A stretch of DNA of 64,000 bases from assembly GCA_951406725.2 (NCBI GenBank), contig OX597814.1, positions 47,740,001-47,804,000 on the forward strand, read 5' to 3'. Shown in pieces: positions 1 to 15,055 of the stretch. The notes beneath the pieces were generated by a model. That model ran no database searches. It was given only the letters and a program-made list of their open reading frames with translations, and was not told the DNA's origin. Position numbers and translations under genes: made by a program. Each line of letters starts with the position of its first letter. Position 1 is the stretch's first letter. Origin of the DNA: Octopus vulgaris (lineage: Eukaryota).

Positions 1-95
1 GACAGCACATAACCAAGGCACACAGAGCTGCGCTTGGTAGTGCAGTGAAAGCACATGATAAAAATAAGACTACCGAATAATAATAATAATAATAA
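1..95 (+). mobile_element. 3' end of a non-LTR retrotransposon ending in (AAT)n
   Basis: Unique sequence runs directly into (AAT)n at 76-95, like the RLE-LINE 3' ends elsewhere in the window; family assignment from recall only. Confidence 0.45.
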
Positions 96-622
96 CTCAT
101 GGCTTCTGATCTTAACTGATTGGAAGTGTTATCATGTACATTGTTTTGTCTTGGTATAAAAGATGGGCTACAGCAAATATTCTGCTCAATACTACAGATT
201 TGCTGGTCAGTTGTTTGACCTTAACCAGTTGAGCATGTCCCTTAGTGGCTGACGATATGTGCATCTCTGATCACGAGCAGAAGTAGTGGGGGAGCATCAT
301 AGCCATGTGTTGAGAGGGATTCTTTGGGGTTTGAATAATTCACCTCTGGAAACATGGGTGGTTCTTTCAACATCCTTAAACAACCCTTATTCAGGGACCT
401 TTTGAGCGGGATGGGCTACTCAACCTGAAGAAAATTCTAACTGGGCCCCACCTGCAAGGTCATGCGCTGTTTATCTTGATATGAGATCACCATGTCGCGC
501 ACATATGGTTGTGATGCATGTGCCTGGTGTACCCTTATCAGACGGGTAGTCATGATGGGTATATTGGGCTTCGTATATTTAATCCCAGTGTCACTTTGAT
601 GGCATGAACTGCTCTCTCACTC

Positions 623-683
<61 letters not shown>
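96..683 (+). mobile_element. Probable 3' UTR of a second non-LTR element with (AAT)n tail
   Basis: GC-richer block bounded by (AAT)n on both sides (76-95, 623-683); no ORF. Confidence 0.45.
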
Positions 684-742
684 TTGAACGAAAACAAATA
701 AAGGTCAGCGCAAACATATGTATGATTTCTTCGAGATTTATT

Positions 743-1560
743 TACCATGTTTTCTGGCGTGTAATATGCGCTTTTTTTCTTTTTAAATGTATCAAAAAAA
801 TTGCCCTGCGTCTAATGCAACAGTGTTATAAATAGGAAACTGGATGTCCTAAGCTAGGGAGCCGGATGAGAGCATATGTCCGCTGGGGACAATAATTGTT
901 ACTCATAATAAAATATTAGATGCAAGACAAATTGTCATAAACTGTTAGCACAAACATGTGGTACGTTGGTAGTAATGTAAGTCACATCAGCTCATTGCAC
1001 CTCTTTCCCTAGTATGCGTAACCACACTTAATACGTATCTTACAGTATTTCATAACTGTGTTGCCTTTAAGAAACATTTTTTAAATATGTAAATGAAATA
1101 TTTTCTTAGAAAAATGAAAACAATATTAAATTTCCGCCTGTCAGTTATTTGCAATGAATGGACGACAACAAAATCACAGCGGTGGTGCGTCACACTGGTG
1201 TTCAATAGCAGTTATATAAAACATCATAACAAAAAATACGAGTTTTCTATCTTGTTTGGCAATTATCTTGACCAAAATATAAACAACTATACAGCTGATC
1301 AGAAAGAAGATAAGGTTGAAATGCGGTACTCCTATAACAAAGTTTATTTATCACGAATTTATTGTTTCACACTTTATTTCAGTATGCTGTCACAACATTT
1401 ACCTGTACAAAATTATATATTGTTCTTTCCAAAGCCACTTAAAAATGCATTTCAATAAGTGTATGGCGAAACATATTAAATTTGTTTTTTCTACAAAATA
1501 TACTTGTAAAATAGAGGTGTGTCTTATGCGAGAGTGTATTTTATTTGCCAAAGCTAGTGA
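743..1560. mobile_element. Possible decayed pogo/Tigger-like non-autonomous DNA element
   Basis: TACCATGTTTTCTGGCGTGTAATATGCGC at 743 and GTGTGTCTTATGCGAGAGTGTATTTTATTTGCCA near 1517-1550 resemble degenerate pogo-type termini. Confidence 0.3.
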
Positions 1561-2599
1561 CTAAAAAAATTGTTAAGTAACTTTTTGTCAAGACAGTTCC
1601 TTGGATCTGTGAATAATATTTGAGCAAACATATGTATGCATGCCTTTGTATGTGTGGATATTCTTGTACTCATGTTATTAGTGTACATGTCTTTTTATGT
1701 TTGTGCTCTTGTGTATGTTTTACGTACACGTGATTGCATGTATATGTTTATTCCAGGACACTCAAATGGAGAATCTTTGAAATGTTTGACAAATTCTTGT
1801 CTCTAACACCAATTGGTTTTGTTCCTTCCAGCATTTCTAAGCTTTCGTGCATTTCTGATTTATAATCTATCATTTTGCATCTATAATTCTACTTCTTCTT
1901 CAAGCGGCCTCAACCAGGATGCATTTCATCCGCTACTCCAGGAAACTTTGACCTCCATTAGCTTTGGTAGGTCCTAAATTACATGTATTTCTCAAGCAAT
2001 AACCTTAATAAAGATGAGTGGTCTTCATACTGTACCAAGATGTAGATGTCTCTTTAACATAGATTTTGTTAGTGTCATTATTTGCATACAGAAGTTACCA
2101 GTAGGGACCAGTGTCTTTCTGCTTTTGATGTCTAAGTTGTGGATCTCTTCAACTGCTCTGGTACTGCTGAAGTGTCAAGAGATATGGTCGTATTGAATGC
2201 AGAATGCTATAACTTCCGTACCTTCTGCAATCTTTTGAAGTATTCCTTTGTCATTCTAACTATGTTCCAAGCTTGCATACTTGTTTGCATACGAAGATGC
2301 ATCATCTCTTGAGACCTATTCACAATAACTGCTCAACTGACATCTTTCAATATGCAATTATTTCATATGCAGCTTCTTAGAGAAATCAATATTTCTGTGC
2401 TAGATCTTATTGAACAAATCCTATTGCAATATTTTTAATTGGTGATATAACATTTTAACGTTTGAAACACCGTCCAAATGACGGATATCTTTTCAATGGT
2501 GCTTCGTATATCATGTAAACCAAAATGCAAAAATAATATATATTCATGAAAAATTTAACGACCCGGCCACAACAGGAGAAATTAAAGTTCAGATGGGAA

Positions 2600-3090
2600 G
2601 GAAATTCGTACTTTTATTGTTATTAGATGCAAATGTTCATAGATTAACAAGAGCTTTTGAATACATAATATAACAGCGCAACTGATAAGGTTCTTGATAT
2701 ATGAAATAAAGTTAAGAATCCTTGGATAAATAAAAATGGTTTCAAGAAGTCTAAAACAGAAAAGATACAGAAACAAAATAGTATGAATGAGATATATATT
2801 GGCAAATAGAAAAAGGAAATTAGGGTAGCAAAAGATAAATGGGTGAGCGAAAGCTGTAAAGAGAAATCACAGGGCAAATAACTTGAAGACATACCAAAAT
2901 AGTAAAAGATCGACCTAAAGAATAGGTATCTAAATGTCAAGTTGTTGAAGATAAACAAGACAACCTACTAACCAAAATATATGAAGTGACTGATAGACAA
3001 AGAGAAAAGTGTTAGAAACTTTATAAATACAAGGCAAAGGTAGAAAGTAATGTACTAAAGCAATTAAGAAAAGAAATTTCCTTTAACAAA
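2600..3090 (+). pseudogene. RTE-clade LINE remnant (endonuclease-RT linker)
   Basis: Disrupted translation KNPWINK...KKEIRVAKDKWVSESCKE matches the RTE linker pattern; stop codons present. Confidence 0.5.
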
Positions 3091-3094
3091 ATCA

Positions 3095-3448
3095 GGCGCA
3101 GGAGTGGCTGTGTGGTAAGTAGCTTGCTTACCAACCACATGGTTCTGGGTTCAGTCCCACTGCGTGGCATCTTGGGCAAGTGTCTTCTGCTATAGCCTCG
3201 GGCCGACCAAAGCCTTGTGAGTGGATTTGGTAGACGGAAACTGATAGAAGCCTGTCGTATATATGTATATATATGTGTGTATGTGTTTGTGTGTCTGTGT
3301 TTGTCCCCCTAGCATTGCTTGACAACCGATGTTGGTGTGTTTACGTCCCCGTCACTTAGCGGTTCGGCAAAAGAGACCGATAGAATAAGTACTGGGCTTA
3401 CAAAGAATAAGTCCCGGGGTCGATTAAAAGAGTAAAAGAGTAAAGAGT
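3095..3448 (+). mobile_element. tRNA-derived SINE family A (internally deleted copy)
   Basis: A-box-like TGGCTGTGTGGT, B-box-like GGTTCAGTCCC, CTTGGGCAAGT motif, internal (TA)/(TG) tract, (AAAGAGT)n tail; near-identical to copies at 11657, 12896, 17074, 57853. Confidence 0.9.
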
Positions 3449-3617
3449 TATAAATTAAAATATACTCATTAAGGTTGATCATTTTCATCTTAGAATAAGA
3501 CTCATGTACCATTTACAGATGTTGATTATATTATGAATTGAGCTTATGATTAGAAATGTTACTACGATGAACCACATAATCAACAACTTCTTGTGACATG
3601 GATGATTAGTTTTAATA

Positions 3618-4058
3618 TTGGTTTCAAATTTTGGCACAAGGCCAGCAACTTCGGGGAAGAAGGCAGGTCGATTACGTCGATACCAGTACTCAACTGGTAC
3701 TTATTTCATCGACCTCGAAAGGATGAAAGGCAAAGTCGACCCGGTGACTTGTGAGTTCAGAACATAAAGACGGACGAAATGCTGCTAAGCATTTTGCCCG
3801 ACGTCCAAACGATTTTGTCAGCTCGCCACCTTCTGTATAGTTTTGATATTGATTTCATAATTTGTCACTATTATTTCGTGGGGAGTGGTAAGTCGATTAA
3901 ATTGACCTAGTGCTCAGCTAGTACTTATTTTATTGACCCCGAAAGGATGAAAGGCATAGTCGACCTCGCTGGAATTTGAACATGAAACATAATGACAGAC
4001 CAAATGCCACTGAGCATTTAGCCCGATGTGCTAACAATGCTGCCAGCTCGATGCCTTG
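3618..4058 (-). mobile_element. Two head-to-tail older SINE family B copies
   Basis: Two copies of GAAAGGATGAAAGGCA..GTCGACC with reverse-complemented head CAGCTCG. Confidence 0.8.
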
Positions 4059-5030
4059 TATAGTTTTAATATTTAAATCAAATCATACCGATGTTAAATT
4101 TGCTTTTCAACCTTCTGTTGCCGATAATAGCGGTACCAGTTAAGTATTCAGTTCAATCTGGTTAACCGTACCACTTTCCAAGTAAGGGATATTACGCCTG
4201 TATTACAAATCAATAAAACGCAGAAAAATGTTTCAGAAAGAATCAAGATTTCAAGCTTTTAAAATTTATTCATGCTCACAGTAGTTTTTAACACTAAATT
4301 CGTATTTATCAGAAAAGTTTTGTAAATGTTACATCCTGTAAAACCTATATCCAAAGTCTCACATATATATGGTTTACGCACATACCTGTGAACGCATATA
4401 CAAGATTACTAATATATTTTTGTATCCACTACATCAACAGTGAGAAGTATTCTATGCTCGAAACAAGTGTGTTGGACAACTGCATTACTTGGTGAGATAG
4501 AAAAATTGGATATGTATTGATAAATACAAAACTTTACGTCGGTTTATGTTGAATGTCGTTAAAAAATATCTAAGCGAATCTAATTAATCTCAAGTATCAA
4601 AGAATTGATTGTTGATTACAAAATGCCCTCAAGATATATGCATACATACACAGTCACACAGACACAGGCACATAGACACAGGCACATACATACACATACA
4701 CACACGCACACACACAGAGACGTACACTAAAACAATTCCGTATATCCCATTTATCCAAACAATACTTCCACATATTCAGCATCTCTCCTTTCAGTGCTTC
4801 CCTCACCCTTTATCTCTCTCTCTCTCTCTCATATATATGTGTGTGTGTGCTTGTATGTTTGCATGTATGTATATACATACACACAAACACACACACATAC
4901 GTATGCATACACACGCATACATACACACATACACACTGTTAAATTAAAATGGCTTCTGGGAAAAATTTGATTCGTCTATATATCTATGTGTGTGGGTATA
5001 TATGAATGAATATGCATATATGTGTAAATG

Positions 5031-5085
<55 letters not shown>

Positions 5086-6666
5086 AATATAAACACACGC
5101 AAACTATAATGAAGATGGCGTCTGACAAAAGTTTGATTCGTGTATGTGTGTGCCTGTGTGTTTATGCATATACGCGTAAGTGTATGTGTGTGTTTATATA
5201 AATATATGTCTCTGTATAGTGCGAGAGTAAAATTACTATGACATCCACACTACTTAATTTTTTTTATGTATTTATTTATTTATTTTCAGTTGTATCTGTC
5301 TATTGCTGAAAAATCTGAAATTGCTGAATTGATAAGAAATTAATTGAAATTTAGAAAGGAAACTGAATTTCTGTTTTTCTAATAAGTGATATGTATACAG
5401 AGAGAAGGGAAAGTGGATCGTATTGAAAGAGTTGTTGAGCTGTCTTGGTGGTTTTATCGTAGCGGTGGATTTGGGGCTGATGTAGACTTCGATAGTAACA
5501 GTGGTTGTTTTTCTGCCAGCAGATTTGTGGGGAGTGTTAATGTGATAGAGATTTTGGTAATGGGGATATTGAAGTTTTCAGTGGTGGCTGCAGTGATATC
5601 GTTAGTCGTGACAGTGGTAAGAATGCGGTAGTAGTTGTAGTGAAGGTACTAATAGTTCTAGTAATGGCATTAGAAACGTTAATAGTGGCTGCTGTGAGAG
5701 GTTAGTGATGGTAGAGGTACTTTTAATGAAGTGTTAATGATAACGACTTGGGCTCTTCTGTTGATGGTTTTAACGAGGATTTTCGTACTACTGCCAGTAG
5801 TAACATAATTGAAATGTTTGGGCGTTTCCACAATGGTATAATGGTTCTTTAGTTGGAGTGAAAAATTGGAATGCAGCCAATACCACGAAGAAATATTTGT
5901 AAGGGATATGAATATGGGAAAATAAAAGCAGGCGGGGAAGAAATCAACGGATGAAAAGTGAACGAAGCAAATTGAAGAGATATGTACTGTACTGCTCAAT
6001 GACATATTATTATATTTATTATAGGCTTAAAAGTTTAAGAACTAAAATAAAACTCCTGAAATTCTTGTATTAAGATTAATGATAAGAGTATGCAACTTTT
6101 ACAGCAAAGATAACTTTTAAAATCATTATGAATGTTTCTGTAGCTCTAGATAAATTCTTGTAGTGAGAGAGGTACCAAAAATTTCATTATTTGATTATTA
6201 TTTGAAGCTAACATCTATGTTTTCACGACTGCCTGCAGATTTGTTTTCATGGAAAAATGGTGAATTTATTGGATTCTGTGAGTAGAAGCATTTGAAAAGT
6301 GAATCCAGTGAAACAGCAAAAACGTAGGTAGCAAGTTTAGTTTTAAAGTAGATTTGAGGAAAAGAAACTTTTTCTCATTATACAATGCCATTTGCTATGT
6401 GAAGAGTGCTGAGTGTAAATATTATTTTTCCATCTACTAAAGATTTTTAAAGAAAGATTTGTGAGCAGCGTCTTAGATTTGTAATTTCCCCGACACTTCT
6501 GGTACAGGTTAAAGTATTTGCCCTTTTAAATTAGTTGTATCAGTTAGTTTTTGCTTCTAGCCATATCCCTAGCAGATCCACCCCCTTAATTTATCTTTTA
6601 ACCCTAAACTCAATATTTACTCGGTCTTCACAATTCATTTCCGAACAGAGTCATCCAATTATTGAC

Positions 6667-6789
<123 letters not shown>

Positions 6790-6842
6790 TATTCACATCC
6801 TGTGTTGTACAACAATCTTCACCTGTTGACATCTTCTGGAAC

Positions 6843-7110
6843 TCAAGTTAACTGATATAGCAAAACTCTGCCAGTTCTTCCCTGACTCTTTTTCGTAAAA
6901 TTGTTTCTCATGATTGATGTGTCCAAGCTATATTTCTCTACATGTCCATCAACCCTGAATGCACACCAAAACGGCTCTTCCAGATTTCTTTCCCCAGCCC
7001 CCGCCTCACTTTTGCGTGTACACAATGACAGACACTGAAATCTTTTGAGGTCACTGTAGCTCAAAAAAACTATCAACCCAAATAGTATTTCTGCTATCTG
7101 CATCGAACAG
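6843..7110 (-). pseudogene. RTE-like LINE C-terminal remnant
   Basis: FRVDGHVEKYSLDTSIM...KKSQGR resembles the RTE W.GHV.R...KR.RGRP motif. Confidence 0.4.
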
Positions 7111-8753
7111 TGTACTATGAGTTAGTTCCTATAATCACCGAACTTTAGCTTACCACCCGAAGAAAAGTAACCTCTTCTAACTCAGTCAACAACCCGCCAG
7201 TCATTCTCACTTCTTGTATCTCAGGCATGTGGAACGCATATAACCGTATTTGTTATTACCTTCAGTCTATTTTTCTCTTTAGTTATCATCATATTCGCAT
7301 CTCTTCTTCCCTAACGTATTTTATCCTTCTTTTAAACACTCTCACAATCATTCATGTCCGGATTGCTGTCACTTGAAATACCCACTCTGACCATGTCTTC
7401 CAATCAATCAGCACCCTACAAAAATTGAAGTGAAACACCAGTTGCATCGATCTCATGGAACTGGAAAGGCTTGAAAAGGCTATTGACGTTAAATATGAGA
7501 GACTAAATAAGAAAAAGAAAAAAAGGCCTACGTTTTTTCTTTGATGATTAAGAATTGAAGACAGGGATATAATGAATAGTTGAATTTCATTTAAAGTTGT
7601 TCCTATACAGAGAAGACAGCAGGTACTATTTGACAATATATTTTCTGTTCATGATTAGTGAAATAACCAAATAGTTTGTGGTAAACTTTGAGAATACTTA
7701 ACTATACCATAGATGATGATTATGAGTCATTTGTCGAAAGTAGCAAAAGACTTTTGGTAGAAACATTTCAGTACAATTCAAACTTGATAAGAAGATGCTG
7801 AGGACATTTAGATGAGTTAGATGGGTGGTTAGAGAAATGAGCAACTTCTGCCTGTAAATGTACAAAATAACTAAAGTTTAGGGTCCCCACCTCAAAAAAA
7901 AAAAAAAGAAAAAAGAATTATGCCACTGAACCAGGCATCTGATTCGATCTGCCAAGAACTAACTGCTGTACTACAATGCCAGCCATCACGGTACACAATA
8001 AAAGGTAATAGCAATGAGCTAAGGGAGATACCCCACACGTTCATTTCGCTCGAGCAACTAGAAATAGCAGCTAAATATTTATATTCTCCTAAAAAGGAAA
8101 GACATATCGGGTAATGTATTTCACTACTTAAAAAGGGTGGGGGGATGATTATGGCTAGAATATCTTTGATTATAGGTCTGCACGACCAGGACTGACACAG
8201 GGTTAACAAAACAATAATACAACTGGTAATAAGATAAGAATCTTTGCATTAAAATTAATTCTAATCAGGCCTTCCTTTCTCTCTTCCTCCTTTCTCCTTC
8301 TCTTCTATCCAGAACTATTTATGTCGTACTTTGCTCTTTTCCATCTCATTTTTAGCCTCCTTCCGCCTCGTTGTTACCACTGCATTTTCAAATCGAAATA
8401 TCGATGTCATCGCACAGATATAAAATATATATATATCATTTGCAACAATAAAAGAATACGATTATCAGAAATAAATAAACAAGCAGTCTTCTCATAAGGA
8501 CTGCCATGTAAATATTTTCTTCTTTGTTCTCCATTCAATAAGAACAATGCGGATGATTTTTATGTATGTGTTTTTTTTCTTCTTTCGGTCGTTAATCTAG
8601 TTAATCAACTCTTGTAGTTTTGGTCTCTCGTGCAAATGCATTTTCACTCACAAAAGTAATATAGACCTAACATTCAAACACACACAAAAATCTTTCTTTC
8701 AAATAACGGTTAGTCATTCTACTTACAACTCTCTCTCTTCCTCCCCCTCTCTC

Positions 8754-8784
<31 letters not shown>

Positions 8785-8798
8785 ATGTATTATGTATG

Positions 8799-8832
<34 letters not shown>

Positions 8833-8935
8833 TGTGTGTGTATGTGTATGTATGTATGTATGTGTGTGTATGTATGTGTGTGTATGTATGTATGTATGTA
8901 TGTATGTATGTATGTATGTATGTATGTATGTATAT
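8754..8935 (+). repeat. Compound (CA)n/(TATG)n microsatellite
   Basis: Read directly; similar compound tracts near 12470-12680, 14045-14400, 14900-15055, 20055-20255, 49775-49975, 61798-62062, 63739-63884. Confidence 0.97.
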
Positions 8936-10405
8936 AACAGGGGGAATTAACCTATTTCTCTGTAGATGGAAAAAAGGATGAACAGCCTTAATTGATTTTA
9001 GAATCTTGTTGGATTGTCCTCAGAGGTGTCTGCATCAGTTTGACTAATCCCAGAAAAGCAAACAGCCGATTGGTTTATATTCTCAATAAATTCAGTAGCT
9101 ACAGAGAACTAGAAACGACTAATTTGCCTACCACAAGTATTTAAAATCAGGGTCCTGTCAACAGCAATCTCAGTCCACACAATACCAAGGTATGATGTAT
9201 GTAGTGAACCTTGTATGCATGAAGTGGATTCGATCCACCACAACCAAATTTAAATTAACACTGCAACAGAACTTTTCCCTCGATGGAACAATGGTTTTTT
9301 TTCTCTGACAGCAGTTTTACATTTTCTAGATGCCTTTAGCTAGGCCGAAATAATGTCTTCACCACTTGACCCTTTCTAACCTATTCTACTTCACCAAAAA
9401 CTAGAATAGAGATAACAAGATCACCAACTAAATCTATTGTTCTCAATGATATATCTATCTTTCTGGATAGTTATATAAACCAGCACATCCCAAGCAAAAA
9501 TTAGTTCGTCACAGTCGTGACGACTCAACGGAGTTAGTCACAGTCGGTAACGACTCAATGAAGTCTGGCTGACCAGCTAGAACATTGGTAAGAGGGAGAA
9601 ATGAAGTAGACTGTCAGCAATGTCCCACACCCTACAATTCTCTCTAGCTCTAATTCTGTCCCCCCACAACATCATTCTATCTCTCTCTGTAATTACTACT
9701 ACTAAACAATGAAGAGGACACATACAAAAACTTTACTTTGCATGCTTTTGGATGTATCAAAACCTGCCCGTCGAGGCAAGGTATTTGTAACGTAACGGTA
9801 AATGAATACTTCCTTAAAACTTCATGCATTGTTCATCTTCCACATCTTACAACTTGCTGTTATAACAAATTTTTATCGTCACAACTGCTGACTACGACAT
9901 CATCATAATATTGTTTACCAATCAACTTCTGCCGTTACATATATGTAAATCTCTGCAGTAGACATTTCTGACATTGTTATTTTTATGCATGATCGTGTAC
10001 GCACGTACAAATACATGCACACCCAAGGTATGACAAAATTCAAATTATATCAACGTAGTTGATATAATTTCGACTGATATTAACCAGAAATATAACCATC
10101 AATATGCTAACATGCGTTTTGCCATTATTCATGCACTCATATATAAGTTGCTATTATTGTTTTTATGTAAAGATCAGACGTGGCTCACAGACTACTCATC
10201 CCAGTTATAAAATGCTGGTGTTTAACTGACAACTATATTACATATTTGTCTGGGATCCTTAACACCTGATGAAGTTGTAGAAGTGCCATTGTGACATACA
10301 ACATTTGTTAGGCATTTTAAACGGGACAAAGCTCATCCCTATCCAGGAATGGCGAAAACAGATTCTAAAGAAAGTGTATGTGTGTGTGTGAGAAAGAGAG
10401 AGAGA

Positions 10406-10450
<45 letters not shown>

Positions 10451-10817
10451 GGACAGACAGACAGATAAATAATATAGTAAGAGAGTAAAAGAAGGAGGAG
10501 GACGAGCTGAAGAAGGACGAGGAGGAAAAGAAGAAGAAGCGTATACACACACATACACGCACAAACACACACACACACAAACACATGCGTGCGAGCACGT
10601 ACACACACATACATACACATACATACATACACACACACAAACAAACACACATTTAACGAAGCAAGCACTCGATAAAACCACTTCGTATGATAGCACAGAA
10701 ATTAGAGCCAGTATTTATACTCTACGTTATTCTAAATAGTTATACCATGTTCCCATGCACAGGTAACCCCCAAAATTCGTGTGTGTGCATGTATGTATAT
10801 GTATGTACACACACACA

Positions 10818-10870
<53 letters not shown>

Positions 10871-11270
10871 TCACACACGTACAAAATAAAGAATGTTCAA
10901 ATTACAGTATAGACATCCATACAACAGATAAAAGAATGGACAGTAAACGAAGAAAAATAAAGAAAAAAAAAAAACAAACAAACGAGGCAATATAAACAAC
11001 AAAAGACAAATTTCAGCACTTTTGTTAGAGAGAAGAGTACAATGAGTTCCCCAGCCATTTTAATGGCGTCTCATTTTCCTAATTTTCTTGCCATTTATTC
11101 TGTTCAATATGATTTACACGTCGCCCTTATTGTTGATGTTGCCGTCCAACTGTTAATAATGTGATCCCTATTTTTAGTAGTAGAAGCATCAGGATAATAC
11201 ACAATGTATCGCTATTCAATACATTCAATGCAATCAGTTTTATTACTGCTTGATAAAAGATTGTATTCTT

Positions 11271-11335
<65 letters not shown>

Positions 11336-11656
11336 GTTTTGTTTTGTTGCGTTGTATTTGAAAGTCAAAGCTTGTACGTCTAAAAATGACCTCTAATTCT
11401 GATAGCTGATGTGGGTAAATAAAGGGTTGAATATTTTTCTAGGACAACGGGAAATAGAGAAAAGAGAAGCATCAAGTTGTGGTAAACATCCTTAATTTTT
11501 TTCGTTTTATTTATATTTGAATGCTTTTGTTTCCTCAGATTTCCTTTGAAATAATTTTACAGTTAACTTAAAGTGAGATGACAAGATAGATAAAATGGAA
11601 AATGAATTTTAAAATACAACCTAGGTTTCCTTGTTTTATGAAAAACAATTTATAAA

Positions 11657-12036
11657 GGCGCAGGAGTGGCTGTGTGGTAAGTAGCTTGCTTACCAACCAC
11701 ATGGTTCTGGGTTCAGTCCCACTGCGTGGCACCCTGGGCAAGTGTCTTCTACTATAGCCTCGGGCCGATCAAAGCCTTGTGAATGGATTTGGTAGACGGA
11801 AACTGAAAGAAGCCCGTCGTATATATGTATATGTATATATGTGTGTGCGTATATATGTGACAACCGGTGCTGGTATGTTTACGTCCCCGTAACTTAACGG
11901 TTCGGCAAAAGAGAGCGATAGAATAAGTACTAGGCTTACAAAGAATAAGTCTTAGGGTCGATTTGTTCGACTAAAGGCGGTGCTCCAGCATGGCCACAGT
12001 CAAATGACTGAAACAATTAAAAGAGTAAAAAGAGTA
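11657..12036 (+). mobile_element. SINE family A, full length
   Basis: GGCGCAGGAGTGGCTGTGTGG...CAAATGACTGAAAC...AAAAGAGT; matches other copies. Confidence 0.92.
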
Positions 12037-12609
12037 AAATAAAAATATTAAACAACGGATATTTGACTTGGTAGAACAGCGGACTAAATGCTCTGTATTT
12101 GGTTACATCCCTTTACGTTCTGAGTTCAAATTGTGTACGGGCCGACTTTGTTATTCATTCTTTCCAAATATCACTCAAACCCTGGATCTATAAAATTGTT
12201 TCTTCCATTGAAGGAAGATGTCCAACATAACCACAGTGCACTGACTGAAAGAATATTTTTGTTTCTTGTTCATTTTTCATTTTGAGTAATTACCATCATG
12301 ATGAGTTTCTCGCTGAGACGGGTCTTCAAAGAACGATTTTACTCGAAGATCGTTTACACACTAATAAATTAGGATTTAGCTCCCATTTTTTATGTTTCTA
12401 CAAGCTGTATTTAGCTACTTACTCCCTCTTGCTTTTTCTTCTCTCTTTCTTTCTCCCAATCTTTCGTATGTGTATATGTACGTGTGCGTGTGTGTATGTA
12501 TGTGTATTTGTATGTATGTGTATGTGTATGTATGCGTACATATATGTGTGTGTATGTATATATGCAGACACATATATATATACACATACACACGTACACA
12601 CACACAGAT

Positions 12610-12665
<56 letters not shown>

Positions 12666-12895
12666 ACACACACACACCACACAAGATAACTAGTGGCGAT
12701 TTATTGACGACACAGATGAGTTTAGTGGCGCCTTTGATACATTGCATAAAATAGATCAGTGAACATCTAGGCGGAATGAAATTTTAACTTCCTACATTTT
12801 ATGCTGTGTCATTGTCTCACTATGTAATTATCGAAATAAGACTCCCCTACAATAATCCCGCTTCATACTAAAAGTAAACCCTACAAAATATACAA

Positions 12896-13299
12896 GGTGC
12901 AGGAGTGGCTGTGTGGTAAGTAGCTTGCTAACCAACCACATGGTTCCGGGTTCAGTCCCACTGTGTGGCATCTTAGGCAAGTGTCTTCTGCTATAGCCCC
13001 GGGCCGACCAATGCCTTGTGAGTGGATTTGGTAGACGGAAACTGAAAGAAGCCTGTCGTATATATGTATATATATATATATATATACGTGTGTGTGTTTG
13101 TGTTTGTCCCCCTAGCATTGCTTGACAACCGATGCTGGTGTGTTTACGTCCCCGTCACTTAGCGGTTCGGCAAAAGAGACCGATAGAATAAGTACTGAGC
13201 TTACAAAGAATAAGTCCCGGGGTCGATTTGCTCGACTAAAGGCGGTGCTCCAGCATGGCCGCAGTCAAATGACTGAAACAATTAAAAGAGTAAAGAGTA
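12896..13299 (+). mobile_element. SINE family A, full length
   Basis: Same head, body and tail as the 11657 copy. Confidence 0.92.
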
Positions 13300-13831
13300 A
13301 TCATTTAATTGAACTTCCTGTACGTCGATGTTTGGTCCTTTTCGTTGAAGTTCCAGGATTTTTCACCCTTTTTTCACAAATTATTAAGATAAAATGGAAA
13401 ATGAGAGAAATAATATTTTCAAAGGTTGACTTTAAGATATTTTGTTTTGAAAGGCAACAGCTAAACCCCCAAATAAACATTTACAATTAGCTCGTTATTT
13501 CCAGTTCAGTTTATTTCCAGAATTAGTTTGTAAAACAGAGTTTAAAAAAATACATGAAATATAAATTAAATGTGAAGGAAAAATATAGACTATTCATGAA
13601 AAAGAAAGAGAAATAGCTAAAAGGCCAAGACTTGTCATTCAATTCTGAACACACAGCAAACGTAGTTACAATGCATAACTAATTACTTATAAACACGTAT
13701 TTGGTTTCTCGCCTTTTCTCAGTAACTGATATCTTCGAAAGAAATCAAAAAATAAAAAGAAGAAATCTTGTGTAGCCATGTAACAAATTCAGTAACGTAC
13801 GATATCATATTTGGGAATACGGACATTATGA

Positions 13832-13935
<104 letters not shown>

Positions 13936-14069
13936 GTAAATGGTTCAGAGAGGCAAAGAAAAGTTACCCCAAACTCTTAATTTAGAAATATTTTGGGTAG
14001 TGAAGTTTACAAAACAAAATTATCGGGTGTTTATATGTTCGAATACACACACACACACACACACACATG

Positions 14070-14123
<54 letters not shown>

Positions 14124-14195
14124 TATACATAGATACACACGTATATACATACATATGTTTATATACATATGTATGTACATACCTATGTATATTTA

Positions 14196-14381
<186 letters not shown>

Positions 14382-14604
14382 CCTATATGTATATACACAC
14401 ACACATATGAATAAGCATATATACATATATACAAAATACACACGCATATGCATTCATTAGTGAGTGTATGTGTGCGCATAAATGTGCGTATATTTGAGTT
14501 TATGCGCATGTCGGTGTAAGATAAATATTATTACATAATCATGACTAAAGTTTCAGAGCAATAGACCTAATCAGGGGATTAAAAAAATATAACGAATAAC
14601 AACT

Positions 14605-14760
14605 ACATGGTTCATCCTAGTGGTTAGAAGGTTGGATGCTTGATCATACGAACATGGGTTTGATTCTTAGAGCAGGTGGTATGTTGTGGTTTTGAGCAAA
14701 GTATTTCATTTCACGTTGCTACAGTCTACTCAGATGAAACACCTACCACCCAAATGCTGA
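14605..14760 (+). mobile_element. Decayed SINE related to families D/E
   Basis: CTAGTGGTTAG...GGTTTGATTC...TTGAGCAAAGTATTTCATTTCACGTTGCTACAGTCTACTCAG matches the central domain near 56890-56935. Confidence 0.6.
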
Positions 14761-15000
14761 TGCAGCTCTCACCCGTCATCTTTTTCTCCCTCTCCTCCTT
14801 CAGTTGTCACATTTGTGATGTTCTCCTAGGACAAATAATAGAAGGGCCGAGAGAGTGTCTGTGTCATGCTCGCTTGCTAGTGATGGCTGCACCTTTTATA
14901 CATGTATGTATGTATGTATGTATGTATGTATGTATGTATGTATGTATGTATGTATGTATGTATGTATGTATGTATGTATGTATGTATGTATGTATGTATG

Positions 15001-15031
<31 letters not shown>

Positions 15032-15055
15032 ATATATATATATATATATATATAT

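Noticed and set aside
3095-3170. tRNA gene at SINE heads
   Set aside because: Only A/B-box-like motifs; no cloverleaf; continues into SINE body
7380-9450. Further old LINE remnants
   Set aside because: Only scattered weak motifs; boundaries and clade not supportable
10259-10370. Minus-strand coding exon after a pyrimidine tract
   Set aside because: All frames stop quickly and the tract is a microsatellite
12828-13490. Recurrent ORFs such as FRLPNPLTR...GTEPGTMWLV and SEFKFRRGRLCLSSFRG
   Set aside because: Translations of SINE families A and B
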